Source: the human T2T-CHM13v2.0 reference genome, Homo sapiens. Taken from it: a DNA stretch of 64,000 bases. How positions within the stretch are numbered: the first letter of the stretch is position 1; each line of letters starts with the position of its first letter. The stretch is from NCBI RefSeq assembly GCF_009914755.1, contig NC_060927.1, one strand, 5' to 3'. Shown in pieces: positions 58,346-64,000 of the stretch. A program made the translations under genes and the position numbers. A model generated the notes under the pieces. It was not told the origin of the DNA. It ran no database searches and saw only the letters and a program-made list of their open reading frames with translations.

Positions 58346-58479
58346 TTAGGCAACTTGTTTTTTGATCCTTAAAGATATGTTTTAAAGTTTGTTTGTTTTA
58401 TCAAAATCGTAGCCATAATGTGTGAATACTTTGGTTTTTGACTTTTTCATTGGATTATAGTTTATTATAAACCCTTCCT

Positions 58480-59140
58480 TATGTATATTTTACTATTTTC
58501 TAAAACTACATTTAATTGCTTTATAATATTCCATTATAGGAATCCACAACAGCTGAACTACTTCCATGGATTTTATTTATGTTGCTTCTAATTTTCTGAT
58601 ATCATAAATATCATGAAAATGAGCCTTCCTTAACATAAATTTTTATTGTCATCCATTTCAATTTCCTTAGGTTAGATTCCTATAAGAAAACTTAGTGGGT
58701 ATTGACAGATTGCTTTTCAGAAAGTGTATAGCAATTTACACTTCTACCAATTATACTGGCATTTATTATTATGTCTTGTTTTTAATGAAGAAAATTATAT
58801 ATCTATTACTGCTTAATTCACATCTCAGTTGATTACAGAAACTAAATATTCTTATTTGTCATTCAAACTTCTTTATTTGCAAATTGTTCATTGTTTTTGC
58901 CCACTTTTAATTAGGCTTTCATGTCTGTCTTATTAATGATAAATAAATTAGCCCTTGGATATTGTATTTTAAAATTTCCTAGTAGACAATTTGCCATTTG
59001 GTATTTCGATTTTTTTTAACTTTTATGGAACTAAGTCTATATGTCTTTTGTGATTTTTACATTTTTCTTACAAAGTCCTTACCTACAGAAGGGAAAAAAA
59101 GATTCCCTTGAATTTTCTTTGAGTTTCATAGTTGCTTTTC
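58480..59140 (-). mobile_element. Old L1 (L1ME/L1MC-type) fragment
   Basis: ataatattccatt...tttccttaggttagattccta...attgacagattgcttttcagaaag...gcaatttacacttctacca. Confidence 0.65.
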
Positions 59141-62049
59141 TACCAACCTTGGATTACCAATGAGTGATTTACTGCTGAGTGAAAAGCAGAAAAAAAAATG
59201 ATTTCATTTATTTGAGCGCCTGTGAACGGCAGGCTAGAAAAAAATGCCATTTCACTCGTAATTCTTCGGTTCTTATTTGCAAGGCTGGCCTAAATGCCTT
59301 CTCTTTTTGTGGGTTTTATATAACTCACCATTTGTTTCTTTTGGCCTTTCCGCCTAGTTTAACTGCAAATCTGGTCAGATGCCATTCAAAATCCTGAGTT
59401 TCACCATTAATGCCCATCATAATACTTATCACTCAGCATTATCATTAGTGATAGTAACATGAATAATTTTTCTCTCTACTCTTCACATTAGTTCATTGAT
59501 AGAAAATATTCAGCAACTAAAAAGTTTAATATTAAGAGCATATATACATACTTTGACTATAAAGTAAGACTGATTTCTGTAGTTATTAAGAAGTTAATTA
59601 TTTATACTCAACTGTACACATATATGCATATAATACACACATCCATGTGTATTTGCAATCTGTGTGTAGGGGTGTGTGTGTGTAATAGCTCCCTAATCTT
59701 AAAAATAGGCTGAGACAGAAACATGATTTGAGATCCCAGGCAGACTGGTTGAGATCATAACTACATGAAACAACTGCCAAGAGGAGCTCAACTAGGGAAT
59801 TGAACAGATTAGGTAACTCAGAAATTTAGACATTTCCCCCCATTATGTTCCTCATTGCAGTTTTGTAATAAAAACATGAGCAAACTTCAAAGGAAGCTCT
59901 GTAGTAAAGGTTAATTGCTACTAAAGAAGAGGGTGGGCCCAAGCGCCAGTACTTTGTGCCCAACTTGCAAGCAGACAGGAAGGATTACACGTGGCTGAGA
60001 GCGGAGGATGTGTGCCCTGCTCTAGGAGGAGAACAGCTCGGCCAAACCTCAAAGCCCCACTAGGGACCTCCTGGTAGGACGTGAGCACATGAGCACAAGT
60101 CCATGAGCTGATGCCTGCTAACAGTGCGGCAGGGAAGGGAGGGGGAAGACATCAATTTCCTTACAAAATTAAAACCGGACATGCTCTTCTTCCCTTGTTA
60201 GGACAATTCCAGAGCAGTTACAGAGGCTTGTTTGTGAGAAAGCAGAGGACTTCGGGAGCCAGCTCTTCTGCACCAGTAACACAGTGAATAAACACGTGCT
60301 GGGCTTGGGGAAAAGGGTGGAGCTCAACTAATGCCAGATGCACAAACAGAACAAAGAAGGAGGCTATGAACTGGCCAGCAAAATCTTCTATGAGAATGGC
60401 CCCAAGATAATGAAATTTAAGATCCCAAAGAAACGAAGAAAGGAAACTAGTAAAAGTAGGGAAAATGAATTTCCAGAAAACTGACTTAAACAAGCTGTGA
60501 AGGACTGTAGCAAGGGTGCAGAATTACAGGCTTAGAAAACAGAGACATTGAATAGAATGGGAACTGCTGATGGGCATAGTCTTTAGCATGTCCTGCTCCA
60601 GAGGGGAGTGAGAAGAAAAGAGACTTAAATGGAGTGTTTGGACACTGGACTGAATCTGTAGAACCCGTGTCTCTAGATACGACCATTATGTTTGGAAATA
60701 ATCTATCAACATGGCTTGGCACTAGAATTTTTTTAATGACCCTCTAAGCTTCCTTGCACTTTTAGTATTTGCTACTTCATAGTACCATGCTATTCCATGT
60801 CTTCCTTATGGAACTTTTCCCCAGTGTTTCCTAAAAATATTTCATATACGAGTTGTCAAAAAGACTCAGAATGGAAGTATTGGGGGCAAGATAGCAAGGG
60901 AGATGGCAAAGAATGTGATACGGATGGAAAATAAGGGACTAAATCAATGAGCAAACTTTTATTTTTCTCCTGGTATTGCGGCATACTGTTGCATGTCCTG
61001 TGGCTTTTAAATCTGGTTAAGAGATTTTCCACTCCTCTAGGAATTTCACAGACATTTCACTAAATAAATATGATTTGGGAATTAAACTAGTACTCCTAAG
61101 CTATTAAAAAATGGGCTTCGCCTCTTCCAAAACTTTCTCTTCAGAGATGGAACTAAGCTTTTGTCAAAAGGTAATGGAAAGAAATTGCTAGAAAATTCAT
61201 ACTTGAGGTACCAGTAAAGCCATTTGGTATCTAGTTACTGAATCTAAAAGAGCTAACGCAAAGACATTAAAGTTCTGTGAGTACTATTCCAAAGGAAAAC
61301 ATGAGCTGGTTAATGTTTGGCTTATTCTGTTGTTAAGGAGCCACCGTCACCAATATCCACTGGAATGACCAGGTAAGAACAGACTTATCACATATCAGAT
61401 AGATAGTTTTTCTTTTATGTTTTAGCTATGTGCCTCTACTTTCTTTTGCCAGTACAAATTTTTGAGAGACTTTTAGCAACCTCTGATGGACCTGATGGGC
61501 TTTTTCTTCATAAGCTTTCTATGTCCCCAAAGTGATTTTCCTTCAGATTCATTTAGAGGAAAGTAGAACCGTCCTGAATTCATGCTGCAGCAGACTGGGT
61601 GGTTACTCCTCAGGCAATCTGAAATGACCAGAGTACAGCCTTTCAGTATTCCAGCCATATCTACAGTAATTATTTGCCAGCATATCTAAAAGAAGGCAGG
61701 CATTTCCTGTTGCACACAAATGGGACATTCTTATCTAAATTACTGTTTAAACAGGTATTTAAGAAAAGACTATCACAGTCAGGAATTTACTGATGACGGA
61801 ACACATTAGTTTAGGGCTGGACACATTAGTTGAGGACTAACCATTGTCAAGAAAGGAAGTATATCAGCATCAGGAAGGTATAGAGAATATTTTACAACTC
61901 CCATATGGGTCAAGATGGAGGATTGTAAACTATGCCATTTGCATTTGGAGAAAGCAGGAGGGTCACAAGTCCTGGCATGGAGTTGTGCTTGCGTCAATAT
62001 GTTGCTGAACCCTGGAGTAACCTTGAGAGGCAGAGGCTGAGAGTCATAG

Positions 62050-62125
62050 CTGCTTGGGGTCTCTGTTTCCCTATCCATAAAATAAGCATGTTGGACAAGT
62101 TCATCCCCAGGTCCATTCCACTCAA
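62050..62125 (+). mobile_element. MIR3-like fragment
   Basis: ggtctctgtttccctatccataaaataag...ttggacaag. Confidence 0.5.
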
Positions 62126-64000
62126 GCAATCCCAGTTCTACATAGTAGAAACCAGAAGGTGGTCAAAATTTGGTGTGCCAAAAGCTTATAAAATGTATTT
62201 CCTGGAAAGACACTCTGAGAATTGGTTTGGTCTCTCCCAACATGTAACCTAGGAGAGACTGTGCTCTAGCTGCCTAACCTTGCTCTAACCAGTGAAACTG
62301 GAATTTATTCCCAGTAGAGGCTTATAAAACTGGGCTGTTATTCTCACATTAAGTAGACTGCCCTCTGGTGAGGACTGTGGTTTATGTGTGGGCAGAAGGT
62401 GTGGTTTACTACCTCTAATTTGTTTATGTTGTTGATGGTGGTTTCAGAAGAAAGCTGCACCCCTTCACATGCTAAAGAGTGACCGGATTTACTTCCTTTA
62501 AAAAAAAAGTGTTTAAAGGTGGGCAGAGACATGAGGGAGCATTAATGTGCCATTGCTAATGGAGGAGCAACTGGGATCCCTGTGACCACAGCTCTGCTTC
62601 ATTCAGCTCTGCATGTGAAATGAGAGCCCCAACTTGTTTATTATAATTACCTAAGTGTGGCTTGGTGGCTTTTGGCAGAGATCCTTCTTGCCTCCAAAGG
62701 AGAGACCAAAACTCAGGAGCTACACGCTAAAGGAAGGAGGATGGTGTGCATTCTGTAGCAAGGAGGCTATAATTCTAATATATTCTGGGTGAAAATATTC
62801 AAAACAACCCCCAAAAGATGAAGATCAAAAAGTAAATGAGATTGAGATCTACCTTCTACCACATGGCAAACAAAGATAGGCATGCAGGAGAACTGGATAA
62901 ACAGCGTAAATGTAAGTTCAAATTCATTTTCACAGCTGACTTGATGCAGACCCTTCCCTATTACCACAAAACAGAAGAGCTTTCTTACAGCCAGGAGTCT
63001 TACATAAAGAAAAGAAAATAATTATGCATGTCTGGCAGAAGAGGGAGTTGTAGCAATGGCTTGCTGGTAAAACGGAATATGAGCGAGCAATAGAACACTA
63101 ACTTAACCACACTCTTGGTTTGATAAGAAGCAGAGAGTGCCCAAAAGATTGAAATTTTGTTAGAGTCTCAAAATGTTTTATTTGAAAATGAGCAATGGTC
63201 CTTGTTCTCACAAGGTTTGGTAACTAAAAGACAGCAATAATTTCTCATCTTAAAGAGATTCTGTGGAAAAGAGTCCTTGATTTAGCTAATTTTAGCTTGA
63301 ACTCTACCCCATTGCAAGCACAGTATCTTCAGTGTTAAACAAGTTTAGATGTTGCTAAGGAGTGCAATTTTCTGCCCCCATTCTAAGCTCTAAAGGCCCC
63401 CATATTGAGTTTCCCAATACCACATCATATTAAATGTAAAATCATTCAAAACCACAGAGATGAAGAGAATGTCATTGAAAAACATAAAGGAAGATTTTTT
63501 GCTTTTTTTAAGTATGAGAAAACATTATATATTTTGATTAAAAATGTTTGCAGAAAAATATGAACAGATGTGCTATGCATATGTGTATACATACACCAAA
63601 TAGCACTTATAATTTGAGAGGGGGTAATTTCAACATTGCTAAGTGGTAACACAAGCTAGGTATTTAAGGGAATGATATAATATGACAACTTCATAGACTA
63701 CCAAACTATGTATGGTCTCTGGAAATTGTCATTATCAACATGTACAATAACTAGTAGCATTAGGTGGTCTGTACAGTATCCTTCATGTCTAATTGAGTCA
63801 CACAGTCTAAGACACTTGATGGGCACCAGGCACTGCCTTCTAATGGGAACTGACTTTCAAAAAAAAATGCATTCAGGGCCTCTTCTATATAAATTACTAT
63901 CGTTTGCAGCAAGAGAGAATTATAAATGTTTGCTGGCAAAAACTAAATTTATTTACAAACTGGGTCTAATTTATTTATGGCTGCAGTACAATCGGCTTTT

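Noticed and set aside
60057-60070. CCACTAGGGACCTC as a CTCF site
   Set aside because: The 3' half departs from the CCACYAGRGGGC core.

Overview
AT-rich, CpG-poor primate genomic DNA, most likely human. It lies inside the MECOM (MDS1-EVI1/PRDM3) gene, transcribed on the minus strand. The only real coding sequence is the 338-bp second exon (53117-53454), which encodes the N-terminal part of the PR/SET domain. Positions 53455-64000 are intron 1 and 1-53116 are intron 2. The rest is interspersed repeats (Alu, L1PA/L1MA/L1ME, L2, MIR, MER5, MER33, MADE1, an MLT1A solo LTR), microsatellites and candidate cis-regulatory stretches. Nearly all other ORFs in the track are repeat-derived or chance. I see no new gene system, CRISPR array or RNA gene. 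The most unusual structures are: (1) a 111-bp young L1 insertion joining an inverted 5'UTR piece to the last ~22 nt of L1 between perfect 15-bp target-site duplications (TSDs); (2) a perfect 36-bp palindrome explainable by an 18-bp fold-back templated insertion; (3) a half MADE1 abutting a non-MADE1 hairpin; (4) a CpG-enriched block with splice donors ~600 bp upstream of exon 2; (5) a ~300-nt AG-free polypyrimidine tract ending at a cryptic acceptor. Repeat subfamily calls and boundaries were made by eye from remembered consensus sequences and are approximate.
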